64,000 nt of DNA from Bdellovibrionales bacterium (GCA_040380025.1 JBEIJY010000002.1:32001-96000); one strand, 5' to 3'. Positions 33,093 through 43,570 are shown, counted from the first letter of the stretch. Numbers and translations: made by a program. The notes: generated from the letters alone by a model not told the origin.

Positions 33093-34817
33093 ATGATTTT
33101 GCGCCGAATGGCCGTCCCGGTTCCGCTCTTGCTCGCGGTTTTGATGGGGAGCCCCCGGGGGGCACTCGCAAAGCCGGTTCCTCTTGCGAGCCTCTTCGCC
33201 GAACCGGCTCCGCCCGATAAATCCAAAAAAAAGAAAAAGAAAAAACCGCCGGCGCCGAAGCTCCCCGAGGAGTACCGCATCTTTGCGCGGGCCCGCGAGG
33301 CGTTCGAAAAAAAGTCCGATCCGGGTGCTCTTGAGTCCGCGCAGCGGGAGCTTTTGCTTGCTCCGCTCCATGCACGGAACAAGGCCATCGAGAAGGATTT
33401 CGAAGAGCTGTTCTTCGCCCTCGAGATCAAAAAAGGAATCGCCCATGAAAAGCGGAAGAACCGCGAGAAAGCGCTCGAGAGCTTCGAGGCGGGACTCGGG
33501 GGGCTCGGTACTTTCAAGTGGGTCCACTACTGGCGCGAGGAGGCCTCGTCGGCGCTTGTTCGCATTTGCGGGGCAAAGAAATTCCCGCGCGTCCCCGCCT
33601 GCCTCGCCCTTGCCCGGCGGGTGACCGATGCCTTTCCGAAGGCTGCGAACGAGACCAAATCCCTTCGTGCCTTGAGCCTTCCCGAACCCGTCGCCCAGCC
33701 TGACTTCGGCGGGGAGCGCTTGACCATCGGCTACAGCGAAAAGAAGGAGCGCGATGAAGAGGCGTTCCAAGAAGCACTCGATCATTACCTGAAAGGCCGG
33801 GAGAGTGATTTTTTGAAAGCCGGGCGCGCATTTCTGAGTGACTTTCCGCGATCTTCCCTCCGGTTCCGGACGATGTTCCTGCTCGGAGAAACGCTTCTGG
33901 GCGGGTCCAATCGCAAGGAGGCCGAGGGGTATTACCGCTCCATCATCGAGCAATCCCCGCTCAGTTACTATTCGATCGTCTCGGCCGAACGGCTCGATGT
34001 GGATCTCAGGACCAAGCTCTCCGCGGAGCCTCTGGTGATCGACCCCGAGGTGCAGGTGCTGGCGCCCGCCGACTCCGCCGCGCTCGAGCGTGCGCTCGTG
34101 CTCCAGAAGCTCGGAAAGACCGAAGAGCTCGGGATCGAGCTCGACGGGTTCTCGAAGCCCAAGGCCTATTCGAATGATGTGATTTTGTACCTGATGAAGA
34201 TCGCAACCGAGGGACGCCAGCATCTGGTCGCTTTCCGGCTCGCAAACGAGCTCATCCAGCGGCGGTTTTCGCGCATGGCAAGCCGGGAGATGCTCGATTT
34301 GCTGTTCCCCGATGCCTTCGAGGCCGAAATCGCGGCCGAAGCGACGACCGCCGGACAGGACCCGATCCTGATTGCAAGCCTGATCAAGCAGGAGTCGGGA
34401 TTCCGCGACTCCGCCCTTTCTTCTTCGGGCGCGATGGGGCTCATGCAGCTCATGCCCTTTACCGCGATCGATGTGCGCAAGGAGCTGAAGCTCCATGAGC
34501 TTCGCGATCCGAAGACGAACATCGCGCTCGGGGTGAAGTACTTTCAGGGGCTTATGTCGATGTACAACGGGAACCCGGTGTTCTCGCTTGCCGCGTACAA
34601 TGCGGGCCCGCATCGGGTGATGAAATGGCGCAAAGAGGCGGGAATCCGCTGGGGTATGCTCGACTGGATCGAGGCGATCCCGTTCAAGGAGACGCGCGAG
34701 TATGTGACCTCGATTCTGCGGAACCGCTATTGGTATCAGGTCAAGAAGGGGCTCCCGGTGGCGAGGATCACGGACTTAAAGGGATTGACCGTGCTTCCGC
34801 CCCTCGATAAAAACTGA
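33093..34817 (+). CDS. Soluble lytic murein transglycosylase (Slt70-like, TPR plus SLT domain)
   Basis: IKQESGF, S.GAMGLMQLMP.TA, LAAYNAGP, IPFKETREYV; signal peptide. Confidence 0.9.
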   Translation: MILRRMAVPVPLLLAVLMGSPRGALAKPVPLASLFAEPAPPDKSKKKKKKKPPAPKLPEEYRIFARAREAFEKKSDPGALESAQRELLLAPLHARNKAIEKDFEELFFALEIKKGIAHEKRKNREKALESFEAGLGGLGTFKWVHYWREEASSALVRICGAKKFPRVPACLALARRVTDAFPKAANETKSLRALSLPEPVAQPDFGGERLTIGYSEKKERDEEAFQEALDHYLKGRESDFLKAGRAFLSDFPRSSLRFRTMFLLGETLLGGSNRKEAEGYYRSIIEQSPLSYYSIVSAERLDVDLRTKLSAEPLVIDPEVQVLAPADSAALERALVLQKLGKTEELGIELDGFSKPKAYSNDVILYLMKIATEGRQHLVAFRLANELIQRRFSRMASREMLDLLFPDAFEAEIAAEATTAGQDPILIASLIKQESGFRDSALSSSGAMGLMQLMPFTAIDVRKELKLHELRDPKTNIALGVKYFQGLMSMYNGNPVFSLAAYNAGPHRVMKWRKEAGIRWGMLDWIEAIPFKETREYVTSILRNRYWYQVKKGLPVARITDLKGLTVLPPLDKN

Positions 34818-34850
34818 TCGATAAAAACCGAAACGAAAGGTCGTTGGATC

Positions 34851-35825
34851 ATGTCGATGAATCGAATCCGTGAATGGGTGTTGTTGTCCGGAACCTCGAA
34901 TCCCGGCCTCTCGGCCAGAATCGCCGAGCGCCTCGGGCGGCCGCTCGGACAAATTGAGATCCGTCGCTTCAGCGATGGCGAGATTTTCGTCGAGGTCGGC
35001 GAAAACGTGCGGGGCCGGGCGGTGTATGTAATTCAAAGCACCTGCGCGCCCGCGAACGAAACGCTGATGGAAACGCTCATCATCATCGACGCCTTGAAGC
35101 GCGCGAGCGCGAAAGAGATCAACCTCGTGATTCCGTACTACGGCTATTCGAGGCAGGATCGCAAGGTCTCGCCCCGCACGCCGATCAGCGCCAAGCTCAC
35201 GGCCGATCTTCTGACCGTGGCCGGAGCCTCGAGGGTCCTCTCGGTCGATCTTCATGCGGGGCAGATTCAGGGGTTCTTCAACATTCCCTTCGACAATCTC
35301 TTCGCCATGCCCGTGATGGAGCGCCACTTGCGCGAGATCATTCCCGCCATCGAGCAGACCGCCGGGGCGGGAATTGTCGTCGTGAGCCCGGACGCGGGCG
35401 GAGTCGAGCGGGCGCGTTCGCTTGCCAAGCGGATCAACGCAGGAGTCGCGATCATCGACAAGCGCCGGACCGGGCCCAATGTGGCGAAGGCCATGAACAT
35501 CATCGGAGACGTGAGCAATCGCATCGCGATCATTCTGGACGACATGATCGACACGGCAGGCACGCTCACCGAATGCGCGAATGCGGTACTCGATCACGGC
35601 GCTTCGGAGGTGTACGCGGCCGCAACCCATGGCGTGCTCTCGGGACCTGCGATCGAACGCATCCGTTCTTCGCGGATCCGGCAGGTGATTGTCACCGACA
35701 CCATCCCGCTCGGAAGCGAGGGCGTCGCTTGCGGGAAGATCACGCAGGTCTCGGTGTCGCATCTTTTGGCCGAGGCCATTTACCGCATCCACCATTACGA
35801 TTCGGTCAGCTCGCTCTTTACCTGA
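34851..35825 (+). CDS. prs: Ribose-phosphate pyrophosphokinase
   Basis: FSDGE, PYYGYSRQDRK, DLHAGQIQGFF, SPDAGG, DDMIDTAGT. Confidence 0.97.
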   Translation: MSMNRIREWVLLSGTSNPGLSARIAERLGRPLGQIEIRRFSDGEIFVEVGENVRGRAVYVIQSTCAPANETLMETLIIIDALKRASAKEINLVIPYYGYSRQDRKVSPRTPISAKLTADLLTVAGASRVLSVDLHAGQIQGFFNIPFDNLFAMPVMERHLREIIPAIEQTAGAGIVVVSPDAGGVERARSLAKRINAGVAIIDKRRTGPNVAKAMNIIGDVSNRIAIILDDMIDTAGTLTECANAVLDHGASEVYAAATHGVLSGPAIERIRSSRIRQVIVTDTIPLGSEGVACGKITQVSVSHLLAEAIYRIHHYDSVSSLFT

Positions 35826-35837
35826 AAGCCCCACACC

Positions 35838-36437
35838 ATGAAGCTCATTGTCGGTCTCGGAAACCCCGGCCCCCGTTACGAAACCACCCGCCACAACATC
35901 GGGTTCTTGTGTGTCGATGACCTGATCGACCGCTGGGGCGCGCGCGGGCCGGTCATCAAGAACCAGGCCGAAGTGTACCAGTGCGAGGTGGCGGGAGTGC
36001 AGGTCCTGCTCGTGAAGCCCCAGACCTTCATGAACCTCTCGGGTCGCTCGGTGTCGCCGTTTTTTTCGTTCTACAAGTGTTCGCCCGACGATCTGATCGT
36101 GATCCACGACGAGCTCGACATCCTGCCGGGCGAGATCCGCTTCAAGACCGGCGGGAGCGCCGGAGGCCACAACGGGCTCAAGTCGATCGACGAGTGCCTC
36201 GGGGCGGGAAATCTGCAATACCATCGGGTGCGTCTGGGCATCGGCCACCCTCGGAACTTCAATCTTCGGATGGACGTGGCCGATTATGTGCTGGGTCGGA
36301 TTCCCGACGGGGAGCTTCCGGACCTGCCGGATCTGTTCGAGAAGGCCGAAGCCGGAATTCGCCTGATTTTTCAGGGCAAAATAGGCGAAGCCATGAACAA
36401 ATTCCATGGACGGCCCAAGGCCTCTCGGGATAAATAA
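35838..36437 (+). CDS. pth: Peptidyl-tRNA hydrolase
   Basis: LIVGLGNPG, TRHNIG, KPQTFMNLSG, HDELD, GGHNGLKS. Confidence 0.97.
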   Translation: MKLIVGLGNPGPRYETTRHNIGFLCVDDLIDRWGARGPVIKNQAEVYQCEVAGVQVLLVKPQTFMNLSGRSVSPFFSFYKCSPDDLIVIHDELDILPGEIRFKTGGSAGGHNGLKSIDECLGAGNLQYHRVRLGIGHPRNFNLRMDVADYVLGRIPDGELPDLPDLFEKAEAGIRLIFQGKIGEAMNKFHGRPKASRDK

Positions 36438-36445
36438 ACCCTCCT

Positions 36446-37546
36446 ATGAGCTTACAGTGTGGAATCGTCGGACTCCCGAACGTCGGGAAAAGCACCATCT
36501 TCAATGCGCTTACGAGCGCCAAGGCCGAGGCGGCCAACTATCCCTTTTGCACGATCGAGCCGAACACCGGCATCGTGAAGGTGCCCGATCCGCGTCTCGA
36601 AGAGATCTCGCGGCACATTCCCCCGCAGAAGCTGATTCCGGCCATCATGACCTTCGTTGATATCGCAGGTCTGGTCCGGGGGGCTTCGAAGGGCGAAGGG
36701 CTCGGGAACCAGTTCCTGGGTCACATCCGCGAGACCGATGCGATCGCCCACGTGGTGCGGTGCTTTCAGGATCCGAACATCGTGCACGTCGAGGGTTCGA
36801 TCGATCCCATCCGCGACATCGAAACGATCGACACCGAGCTCGTGCTCTGCGACCTCGAGGCGGTGATCAAGAAGATCACAAGCCAGCAAAAGCAGGCCCG
36901 CACCGGCGATAAAAAGGCCGCCGCTCTCGTCAATGTGCTCGAGCGGATCCGCCCCCTGCTCGATCAGGGCAAGACCGTCCGCGCCTGCGGACTCAGCGAC
37001 GAAGAAAAAGAAATCGTGAAAGACATGCACTTTCTTACGATCAAGCCCGTCATGTACATCGCGAACGTGGACGAGGCTTCGCTCGCGGACCCGTTCGCAA
37101 ACGAGTTCGTCAAGAAGGTCGCCGAGCATGCCAAAAAAGAAGGCGCGCCCGTTGTGCCCATTTGTGGAAAAATCGAATCCGAGATCGCCGAGCTCGGAGA
37201 CGAAGACAAGAAGTCCTTTCTTTCGGACCTCGGAATGGAAGAGCCGGGTCTGAACCGCGTGATCCGCGCGGGATATGATCTTCTCGGGCTTCAGACCTAC
37301 TTCACCGCGGGCGAGATGGAAGTGCGCGCTTGGACGATTCAAAAGGGCTGGAAAGCGCCGCAAGCCGCCGGCGTCATCCACTCCGACTTTGAGCGCGGAT
37401 TCATCCGCGCCGAGGTGTTTCACTACAATGACCTCGTGAAGCTCCAGTCCGAGGCGAAGATCCGCGATGCGGGCCTGCTCCGGGTCGAAGGAAAAGAATA
37501 TGTCGTTCAAGACGGCGACATCATGCACTTCCGCTTCAACGTGTAG
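36446..37546 (+). CDS. ychF: Redox-regulated ATPase YchF
   Basis: GIVGLPNVGKST, ANYPFCTIEPN, DIAGLV.GAS.GEGLGN, EGKEYVVQDGD. Confidence 0.98.
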   Translation: MSLQCGIVGLPNVGKSTIFNALTSAKAEAANYPFCTIEPNTGIVKVPDPRLEEISRHIPPQKLIPAIMTFVDIAGLVRGASKGEGLGNQFLGHIRETDAIAHVVRCFQDPNIVHVEGSIDPIRDIETIDTELVLCDLEAVIKKITSQQKQARTGDKKAAALVNVLERIRPLLDQGKTVRACGLSDEEKEIVKDMHFLTIKPVMYIANVDEASLADPFANEFVKKVAEHAKKEGAPVVPICGKIESEIAELGDEDKKSFLSDLGMEEPGLNRVIRAGYDLLGLQTYFTAGEMEVRAWTIQKGWKAPQAAGVIHSDFERGFIRAEVFHYNDLVKLQSEAKIRDAGLLRVEGKEYVVQDGDIMHFRFNV

Positions 37547-37556
37547 GGAGACCGTC

Positions 37557-38261
37557 ATGCGCGCGCTGATTCTGATTCTGTTCGTGTTTTCGGGAGTCTC
37601 GAATGCCTCTGAGGGGACTGCTGCTGAGCGAAGCGTCACTGTGAGCGGCGAATGCGCGCTTGAGGTCGATCCCGATCGCGGGAGCGTGATTCTGGTGGCC
37701 GAGCACCAGGACAAAGACGCCAAGGCCGCCATCCGCACCGCCACCGCCCAACACGAGAAGCTGAAAGCCGCCCTCAAAAAATCAAAGCTGAAGGACCTGG
37801 AGCTTTCGAGCGTGGAATACACCGTGCAGGAAGTGACCGAGTGGGAGAACAACCGCGCGGTCAAAAAGGGCTTCCAGTGTCGGCTCGGACTCCGGGTCGC
37901 GACGCCCGAGATCCCCGCCCTGGGCGAAGTGCTCTCGATCGCCGATGATTCCGGAATCCGGAACACGCACTCGCTACAGACCTACCTTTCGGACGCGAAG
38001 CTTCTCGAAGAAAAAAAGCGCTGTCTTGCCCTTGCGGCCGGGAATGCACGCGAGAAGGCCCAGCATCTGGTGAAGAGCCTCGGCGCCTCTTTGGGGCCGG
38101 TTCAGAGCATTCGTGAGCGGGGTACGGCCGAGTCCCAGCCCGTGCCGATGCCAAGGGTGTTCTCGATGAAGGCCGCAGAAGCGGGGCCCGCGCCCACGAT
38201 CGAAGGCGGGAAGCAAAGTGTCCGTCATGAGGTCGAAGTGACCTTCTCGATCGAGCGTTAA
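37557..38261 (+). CDS. SIMPL domain (DUF541) periplasmic protein
   Basis: Signal peptide; VTVSG....V.PD, A..NAREKA..L...LG..LG.V, V.VTF. Confidence 0.85.
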   Translation: MRALILILFVFSGVSNASEGTAAERSVTVSGECALEVDPDRGSVILVAEHQDKDAKAAIRTATAQHEKLKAALKKSKLKDLELSSVEYTVQEVTEWENNRAVKKGFQCRLGLRVATPEIPALGEVLSIADDSGIRNTHSLQTYLSDAKLLEEKKRCLALAAGNAREKAQHLVKSLGASLGPVQSIRERGTAESQPVPMPRVFSMKAAEAGPAPTIEGGKQSVRHEVEVTFSIER

Positions 38262-39181
38262 GGCGATTCGGGGGAATCTTCGGAAGATTCGGGATTCAGG
38301 CTCCGGCTCACGCCCACCATCGCCCCGAGCAGGATCGCCATCGCGAAAATCTGCACACCCGAGAGAGGTGCTTCGAGGTAACGCGAATTCACCCAAACGG
38401 CCGTGAGCGGGAACGAAAGCTCGAGCAGGGTAGCGGTCGAGGCGGGGACCCGTCGAAGGCCCCGGTAATACAGAATCATCGCAATGAAGCCCGGAACGAG
38501 CGCCATGAACCCGAGCGAGGTGATGACCTCGACATTCGTGGCGGCGAAGGGGATTTCGATTTTGGACTGGCCGTGGCGCGAGGTGATCACCATCATGGCG
38601 GCCAGGCCCCAGACAAACCGCCAGAACGAGAGCACGTTTTCGTCTGTCTTGCGGAGCACGATTTTTCCGACCACGGTCGAGACCGCCCAGAGAAAGGCCG
38701 CAAGGAATGCGAGCACTGCTCCGACATTGGCGTGATTCGCAATCATGCCGGGTTGGATTCCTTCGGGAAAGCTCAGCAAAAACGCGGCAGAAACGGCAAT
38801 CGCACCCCAAACGAGGAATGAGGCCGTGATCTTCTCTCCCAAAAACAAGGCCGAGAGCAAGATCACCAGAACCGGCTGGATCTTCTGGATCAGAATCGTC
38901 ACACTCGGATTCGTGTAGCGAAAACTCTCGGTGAACAGGATCGTCGCCAGGGCCGAACCGAACACGCCGATGAAGCCGGCACCGAGCAGTTGTCTCCACC
39001 CGGGAAAGAGCGCCCGTTTGCCCGAGGCGAACAGCACCCAGACGAGAGCCAGAATCGAGGCGAAGATGTGTTCGAAGTACACGATCGTCACCGCGCTCAG
39101 GTCTTGCACGAGCGGCAGACGAAAGAGCGCATCGGTGGCCCAGAGGGCGGCTCCTACGAAGACAAAAAGAGCGGGCTGCAT
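38258..39181 (-). CDS. EamA/DMT family transporter
   Basis: About 10 TM helices; QKIQP, LFLGEK, YYRGL..VPAS.AT..EL.FP. Confidence 0.88.
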   Translation of the reverse strand: MQPALFVFVGAALWATDALFRLPLVQDLSAVTIVYFEHIFASILALVWVLFASGKRALFPGWRQLLGAGFIGVFGSALATILFTESFRYTNPSVTILIQKIQPVLVILLSALFLGEKITASFLVWGAIAVSAAFLLSFPEGIQPGMIANHANVGAVLAFLAAFLWAVSTVVGKIVLRKTDENVLSFWRFVWGLAAMMVITSRHGQSKIEIPFAATNVEVITSLGFMALVPGFIAMILYYRGLRRVPASTATLLELSFPLTAVWVNSRYLEAPLSGVQIFAMAILLGAMVGVSRSLNPESSEDSPESP

Positions 39182-40497
39182 GTGTGCATCCAATCCTGGA
39201 AGAAGAGCGGGGCTTGCTTGGCGAGGGTTTCGCGAAGCTGGTCTTTTTTGAGCCCCTCGGTGCGGTCAAAAAACTTCGGATCAAACAGCGCGAATTGAAT
39301 GTTGTTCGGCTGGTAGTTCTTCGCCTCCGATGCGGTCACGTGCGCTAGGAGCGCTCCGAGCGCCGTGTTCGCCGGTGGAGCGCTGTGGGGTAGTCCCTTC
39401 AGGCGCTCCAGAATGAAGATCGCGGCCAGCATTCCCGAGGCGGCCGACTCGAGGTATCCTTCGACGCCAGTGATTTGCCCCGCAAGGTAGACACGAGGAT
39501 GACCCTTCAAAGAGAGGTCCGGGCGAAGCGCCTTCGGGCCGCAGACAAAGGTGTTCCGGTGCATCGAGCCCATGCGCAGGAACTCGGCGTTTTTCAGCGC
39601 CGGAATCATCCGGAGCGCCTTGGTTTGCGCCCCGTACTTGAGCCGGGTCTGAAATCCCACGAGGTTATAAGCGGTTTTTGCGCGGTTTTCGGGTCGAAGT
39701 TGGACGGCCGCATAGGGGCGGTGCCCGGTCGCAGGATCGGTAAGACCAGTCGGCTTCATGGGGCCATAGCGAAGGGAGTCGCGCCCGGTGGCGGCGATGG
39801 CTTCGATCGGCTGACAGCCCTGAAAGTATTTTTCTTTTTCGAAGTTCTTGGTGGGAACCATCTCGCCCGTGAGGAGTGCATCCAAAAACGCGTCGTATTC
39901 GTCTTTCGAGAGCGGGCAGTTGATATACGCCTCTTCGCCGCCCTTGTCGTAGCGGTTCGCGGTGAACGCGCGGGTCATATCGATCGTCGAGGCGTCGATG
40001 ATCGGCGCGATCGCATCGTAAAAATACAAATCCTCGGCACCGGTCGCACCGGCAATCCAGGCGGTGAGCGCATCTGATGTCAGCGGACCTGTTGCGATCA
40101 GGGTCACCTCGTTCGATCCCTCGAAGGGCTTCGTGACTTCGCCCGGTTCAAAGCGGATGTTCGGATGATTCCGGATTCGGCCGGTGATCAGCGTCGAGAA
40201 CACGTCGCGGTCGACCGCAAGCGCTTCTCCCGCAGGAACCTCCGCTTCGGTGGCAGAAGAAAGAATCAGCGATCCCACCAGGCGCATTTCGGCCTTCAGC
40301 ATTCCGGGGGCCGAGACGGGGTTTTTCGATTTCAGCGAATTCGAACAGACGAGCTCGGCGCACTGTCCGGTTTTGTGGGCAGGGGTTGTGGTCTCGGGTC
40401 TCATTTCGTGCAAGACCACCGGAATTCCCCGCTCCGCCAAAAACCAAGCGGCCTCGGAGCCCGCCAGGCCCGCGCCGATAATATGAACCGTTTGCAT
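39154..40497 (-). CDS. trmFO: Folate-dependent tRNA m5U54 methyltransferase TrmFO
   Basis: IIGAGLAGSEAA, AELVCSNS, YFYDAIAP, GQITGVEGY. Confidence 0.97.
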   Translation of the reverse strand: MQTVHIIGAGLAGSEAAWFLAERGIPVVLHEMRPETTTPAHKTGQCAELVCSNSLKSKNPVSAPGMLKAEMRLVGSLILSSATEAEVPAGEALAVDRDVFSTLITGRIRNHPNIRFEPGEVTKPFEGSNEVTLIATGPLTSDALTAWIAGATGAEDLYFYDAIAPIIDASTIDMTRAFTANRYDKGGEEAYINCPLSKDEYDAFLDALLTGEMVPTKNFEKEKYFQGCQPIEAIAATGRDSLRYGPMKPTGLTDPATGHRPYAAVQLRPENRAKTAYNLVGFQTRLKYGAQTKALRMIPALKNAEFLRMGSMHRNTFVCGPKALRPDLSLKGHPRVYLAGQITGVEGYLESAASGMLAAIFILERLKGLPHSAPPANTALGALLAHVTASEAKNYQPNNIQFALFDPKFFDRTEGLKKDQLRETLAKQAPLFFQDWMHTCSPLFLSS

Positions 40498-40523
40498 TCA
40501 ATCTGAATTAAACTAAAGAGGGT

Positions 40524-41450
40524 ATGGCATCAACCCTAAAGGACCGCATTCGGGAGTTCCTCGATCACGGGATCAATGAAAAAAATTGGTCGCAAGAGAC
40601 AATCCGCGCCTATGAGTCCGATTTGGCCCAATTCGAGAGGCATTTGCGCGAAAACTCCGGAATCGAGGCGGAGGAGGGGCTGAAGTCGCTGGAATCCTCC
40701 CACTTCCGGTCGTTCGCTGCGGCCTTGTTCGAGCGATGCGATGCGGTGAGCGTGGCCCGAAAAATGAGCACGCTTCGCACGTTTTTTCGGTACTTGAAGC
40801 GCAAGGGCGTCGTGGGGCGAAGCTGGCTTCCGATGATTCCCTCGCCGAAATCTGCGCAAAAACTCCCGGAATTCCTGAAGATCGAGGAACTGTTCGAGCT
40901 CATGCGAGCGCCCGATCGCTCGATCTGGACCGGGCTTCGGGATCGGGCGATCTTTGAAATCCTGTACGGATCGGGACTTCGGGTCGGAGAGCTCGAATCG
41001 CTAAGGATGGCATCTTTTGCGCACAAATCGGGCTGGATCCGGGTCTCGGGCAAAGGTGGCAAGGAACGGATGGTACCGATGACCGAGCCCGCACAGGAGG
41101 CCCTTCGAGAGTACCTCGGAGCCCGTCCCGCGCCCGCGGACCCGGAGCTCGTGTTCATCGGGTATCGGGGCACGGCGCTCACCTCACGGAGCGTGGCGCG
41201 GATTTTGGCCAGAACCATGGTCCGGGCGGCCCTGCTTTCGCCCCAATGGATGGACGAGAAGCGCAAGGTCTCGCCGCATGCGCTTCGTCACAGTTTTGCG
41301 ACCCATTTGCTCTCGGCCGGGGCCGATTTGCGGAGCATTCAGGAGCTTCTGGGGCACTCCCGGCTCTCCACAACCCAGCGCTATACTCATCTGAATCTGG
41401 GCGAGATCCAAGACGCCTATCTCCTTGCGCATCCCCTTTCAAAAAAGTAA
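40524..41450 (+). CDS. xerC: Tyrosine recombinase, XerC-like
   Basis: RD.A..EILYGSGLRV.EL, GKGGKER, PHALRHSFATHLL..GADLR.IQELLGH..LSTTQRY. Confidence 0.88.
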   Translation: MASTLKDRIREFLDHGINEKNWSQETIRAYESDLAQFERHLRENSGIEAEEGLKSLESSHFRSFAAALFERCDAVSVARKMSTLRTFFRYLKRKGVVGRSWLPMIPSPKSAQKLPEFLKIEELFELMRAPDRSIWTGLRDRAIFEILYGSGLRVGELESLRMASFAHKSGWIRVSGKGGKERMVPMTEPAQEALREYLGARPAPADPELVFIGYRGTALTSRSVARILARTMVRAALLSPQWMDEKRKVSPHALRHSFATHLLSAGADLRSIQELLGHSRLSTTQRYTHLNLGEIQDAYLLAHPLSKK

Positions 41451-41477
41451 AACCTCGGGAGAGCAAGGCAAACCCAG

Positions 41478-42101
41478 ATGGACTTCAACCTCATTGTCGA
41501 TTTTTTGATCGATTACTATGGACCGATCCCGTATCTCGCGATCTTCGTGATCCTCCTTGCGTGCGGGCTCGGGATTCCCATTCCCGAAGACATCACCCTG
41601 ATTGCGGGCGGCATCCTGACCTATTACGGCGTTTGCGATGTGTGGCTCATGATCGCGGTGGGGCTCGCGGGGGTTCTGATCGGGGACTCGTTCGTGTACT
41701 ACCTTGGCCACCATTTCGGCCGCCGGCTCCTGAAGAAATGGCCGTTCCGCCTGTTCATCGACGAGAAAAAAATCGAATCCATCCGGGGCCAGCTGGACAA
41801 GCACGGGGCGAAGCTTCTGTTTTCGGCCCGGTTCATGCCCGGTGTCCGCTCGACGGTTTTTTTCGCAACGGGGCTTCTTCATTATCCGTATCGCAAAATG
41901 CTGTTTTATGACGGACTGGCCGCGATCCTGAGTGTCCCCGCGATCGTGTACTCGGTGTATCACTTCGGGGATTTCCTCGAGTCGGTGATCAAGTGGATCA
42001 AAAAAGTGGAAGGCGGAATCGTCGGGTTGATTGTTCTGGCCCTTCTTTATGCGGCCTACAAGTTCTGGTCCTCCCGTCGTAAAAAGGAGCGGGAAACATG
42101 A
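41478..42101 (+). CDS. DedA family membrane protein
   Basis: G.PIPED, GD...Y.LG, ARFMPGVR. Confidence 0.92.
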   Translation: MDFNLIVDFLIDYYGPIPYLAIFVILLACGLGIPIPEDITLIAGGILTYYGVCDVWLMIAVGLAGVLIGDSFVYYLGHHFGRRLLKKWPFRLFIDEKKIESIRGQLDKHGAKLLFSARFMPGVRSTVFFATGLLHYPYRKMLFYDGLAAILSVPAIVYSVYHFGDFLESVIKWIKKVEGGIVGLIVLALLYAAYKFWSSRRKKERET

Positions 42102-42985
42102 TTCTCCGGATTTTGTGCGCTGTGATTTTGTTTTTGACTGCGGCGTCGGTGATGGCCGACCAGATCGAGGCCGACGTGCCTTCTTTGTGCTCGGGTCTCG
42201 ACAAGGCGTTCCTGAAGCGGAACTGGGGGAACAGTCCTTGCCGCAAGATCGAGTGGAAGGTTCACTCGAGCTCGGTCGCGGGGCGGCCGCTCATGTATGC
42301 CGAGTTCGGCCCGAAAAACGCCGAAAACACCACTCTTGTTTTTTCGATGGTCCACGGGGACGAGATCACGCCGCTCTATTTGGGCTTTGCGCTCGCCCGT
42401 TGGGCCGAGACCAACATGAAGTCGTTTCCCGACACGCGGCTGATTCTTGCTCCGCTCGTGAATCCGGACGGATTTTTCGGCTACCCGAAGTCCCGCACGA
42501 ATGCCCGCGGTGTGGATTGCAACCGGAACTTCGATACCCGCGACTGGAAGAAAAAGGCACTTGCCTCCTGGCGCAAGAACTATCGTTCTGACAAGCGGCG
42601 CTTCCCCGGGCACAAGCCCGATTCCGAGCCCGAGACGCTGTTTCAGAAGGCCCTGATCGACCTGACCAAGCCCGACAAGATCATCTCGATCCATTCCCCG
42701 CTGAATGTCCTCGATTACGACGGGCCGGATGCGCTGAAGCTCTCGCACTTCAACGAAGAATACATTCAAAAATGCGAGGAGCTTCGCGCGAGCGTGAAAG
42801 CGAAGTCGACCGGGTTTTTCCCCGGTTCCCTCGGCAATTATGCCGGCAATGAGCTCGGAATCCCGACGATCACGCTGGAGCTTCCGACTGCGAATCCGAA
42901 TTTTGCGAAGAAGTACTGGGAGCTGTTCCGGAAAGGGATCGAAACCGTGATCCGGTACCGGATTCCCTCGCGGGAAACCCCATGA
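42098..42985 (+). CDS. M14 family zinc carboxypeptidase (murein peptide amidase A-like), secreted
   Basis: HGDE, NPDG, RTNARGVDCNRNF, SEPET, SIH, PGSLG, TLELP. Confidence 0.88.
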   Translation: MILRILCAVILFLTAASVMADQIEADVPSLCSGLDKAFLKRNWGNSPCRKIEWKVHSSSVAGRPLMYAEFGPKNAENTTLVFSMVHGDEITPLYLGFALARWAETNMKSFPDTRLILAPLVNPDGFFGYPKSRTNARGVDCNRNFDTRDWKKKALASWRKNYRSDKRRFPGHKPDSEPETLFQKALIDLTKPDKIISIHSPLNVLDYDGPDALKLSHFNEEYIQKCEELRASVKAKSTGFFPGSLGNYAGNELGIPTITLELPTANPNFAKKYWELFRKGIETVIRYRIPSRETP

Positions 42986-43566
42986 AGACGCTCTTTTCGA
43001 CCCGGGTGGAGCAAAAGCCGTTGGGCCTTCCGAAGTCCCTGCAGTCCGCGCTTCTGAAAACCATCGACAAGCTCCCCGAGTTGGACCGCGCAGGAGCGGA
43101 GTGGAGCCGCAAGAATTACCGGAACGGCTACACCTCGTACGGATCTCTCTCGGATCTGCATCTTCAGTTCAGCGTGTTCGAGCGCCTGAAAGAAAAGCTC
43201 GATCTCGCGGCCAAAAAATACGCAAACGGGCTCGGAATCCGCTTCCCCCGCGGACGACTGGAGCTCTCTGCCCTTTGGGTGAACATCATGCCGGCGAATT
43301 GCTATCACGCCTTCCACATTCATCCGAACTCGATTGTGAGCGGGACCTTTTATGTGAAAGTCCCGAAGGGCGCGGGACCGCTTCGTCTTGAGGATCCGCG
43401 CGCCTCGCTGTTCATGGCGTGTCCGCCACGAAAGATCCAAGAGGACCTGATCCCCCGGGCGGGCGAGGTGATTTTGTTCGAAAGCTGGCTCCGGCACGAG
43501 GTCCCGCCGCATTCTTGCAAAAAAGAGCGGATCAGCGTGAGCTTCAACTACGATTGGATTCAGTAA
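42982..43566 (+). CDS. 2OG-Fe(II) oxygenase (TIGR02466-like)
   Basis: GYTSY, WVN, H.H.NS..SGT.Y, DPR, FESWLRHEV, RISVSFN. Confidence 0.88.
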   Translation: MKTLFSTRVEQKPLGLPKSLQSALLKTIDKLPELDRAGAEWSRKNYRNGYTSYGSLSDLHLQFSVFERLKEKLDLAAKKYANGLGIRFPRGRLELSALWVNIMPANCYHAFHIHPNSIVSGTFYVKVPKGAGPLRLEDPRASLFMACPPRKIQEDLIPRAGEVILFESWLRHEVPPHSCKKERISVSFNYDWIQ

Positions 43567-43570
43567 GAGT

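Noticed and set aside
40524..41450. Tyrosine recombinase as a prophage or island integrase
   Set aside because: XerC-like size and motifs, next to trmFO, with no phage genes, att sites or compositional shift.
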